Assembly: GCA_966191535.1 (NCBI GenBank)
Contig: CBIGPF010000017.1
Coordinates: 27,425-51,424 of the forward strand
Origin: an uncultured Pseudomonas sp.
Lineage (GTDB): Bacteria; Pseudomonadota; Gammaproteobacteria; Pseudomonadales; Pseudomonadaceae
Reading direction: 5' to 3'
Length of the DNA: 24,000 nt
In this document: one piece after another, positions 23,173 to 24,000 of the stretch
Position numbering within the stretch: the first letter of the stretch is position 1
How the letters are laid out: each line of letters opens with the position of its first letter
The notes under the pieces: model-generated
Seen by the model: the letters and a program-made list of their open reading frames with translations, nothing else
Database searches by the model: none
Told to the model about the DNA's origin: nothing
Made by a program: the position numbers and the translations under genes

Positions 23173-24000
23173 TCAGACCACGCCCTGGGCCAGCATCGCG
23201 TCGGCGACCTTGACGAAGCCGGCGATGTTGGCGCCCTTCACGTAGTTGATCCGGCCATTCTCTTCGCCGTAGGCGACGCAGGCATGGTGGATGTTCTGCA
23301 TGATGCCGTGCAGGCGCTGGTCCACTTCACCAGCGGTCCACAGCAGGCGCATGGCGTTCTGGCTCATCTCCAGGCCGCTGGTGGCGACGCCGCCGGCGTT
23401 GGAGGCCTTGCCCGGCGCGTAGAGGATGCCGGCCTCGAGGAAGATATCCACAGCCTCCAGGGTCGACGGCATGTTCGCGCCTTCGGCCACGCAGATGCAG
23501 CCATTGGCCAGCAGGGTGCGCGCGTCGTTGGCGTCCAGCTCATTCTGGGTGGCGCAGGGCAGCGCGATGTCGCAGGCCAGCGACCAGGGGCGCTCACCGG
23601 CAATGAAGCGCAGGCCGGGGCCAGTCATCTCGCTGAGACGGCCGCGACGGACGTTCTTCAGCTCCATCACCGCTTCCCACTGTTCCAGGGTCAGGCCAGC
23701 CTCGATGAACAGGGTGCCTTCGGAGTCGGACAGGGAGATCACCTTGCCGCCCAGCTCCATGACCTTCTGCGCGGCATACTGGGCTACGTTGCCCGAACCG
23801 GAGATCGCCACGCGCTGGCCGTCGAAGCCGCTCTCGCGGGCCTTGAGCATCTCCTGGGCGAAGTACACGCAGCCGTAGCCGGTGGCTTCCGGACGGATCA
23901 GGCTGCCGCCGTAGGTCATGCCCTTGCCGGTCAGCACCGACGTGAACTCGTTGGACAGGCGCTTGTACTGACCGAACAGGTAGCCGATCTCGCGGGCGCC
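23173..24000 (-). CDS. gdhA: NADP-specific glutamate dehydrogenase, C-terminal 275 codons (5' end beyond window)
   Basis: The frame stays open to the window end. GKGMTYGGSLIRPEATGYG, the Rossmann motif VAISGSGNVAQYAAQK, and the C-terminus GANIAGFVKVADAMLAQGVV are typical of GdhA. Confidence 0.92.
   Translation of the reverse strand, partial: GAREIGYLFGQYKRLSNEFTSVLTGKGMTYGGSLIRPEATGYGCVYFAQEMLKARESGFDGQRVAISGSGNVAQYAAQKVMELGGKVISLSDSEGTLFIEAGLTLEQWEAVMELKNVRRGRLSEMTGPGLRFIAGERPWSLACDIALPCATQNELDANDARTLLANGCICVAEGANMPSTLEAVDIFLEAGILYAPGKASNAGGVATSGLEMSQNAMRLLWTAGEVDQRLHGIMQNIHHACVAYGEENGRINYVKGANIAGFVKVADAMLAQGVV

Overview
High-GC, Pseudomonas-type chromosomal segment. From memory, the gene order matches the P. 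aeruginosa PA4566-PA4588 neighbourhood. In order: obg-rpmA-rplU (-), ispB (+), a small gene behind a Fur box (+), fklB (-), two small conserved genes (-), a yqhA-like membrane gene (-), a LonC-like protease (-), a traR/dksA-like zinc-finger gene (-), a DUF3015/DUF4105 secreted pair (+), a three-gene NADAR/SUKH/unknown cassette (-), rtcR (-), a divergent sigma54-driven RNA-repair operon (+), a lipoprotein gene, ccpR, and gdhA (-, partial). I saw no transposase, integrase, CRISPR array, rRNA or canonical tRNA. The most interesting locus is the RtcR-controlled operon rsr - [716 nt without credible ORFs] - rtcB - orf192 - Pol-beta nucleotidyltransferase - rtcA. The 716-nt gap resolves by eye into five tandem, paralogous Y-RNA-like structured RNAs. 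They share a basal stem, a conserved internal loop and a second stem, and the stems show compensatory changes between copies. Three of the five carry a circularly permuted tRNA-like domain, in the order T arm, loop-closed acceptor, D arm. One carries only a T-arm/acceptor minihelix and one has no tRNA elements. The Rsr/YrlA/RtcBA family is known from Salmonella, but a five-copy graded array plus two extra operon genes looks like an expanded and poorly described variant. The second point of interest is a translationally coupled NADAR - SMI1/KNR4(SUKH)+ankyrin - unknown cassette that starts 35 nt after rtcR with no terminator between them. Regulatory calls made from sequence alone are a Fur box, an Anr/FNR box, a sigma54 -24/-12 element with an IHF site and upstream repeats, and a DnaA-box triad. 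All protein family calls rest on motif recognition by eye. No database search was run.
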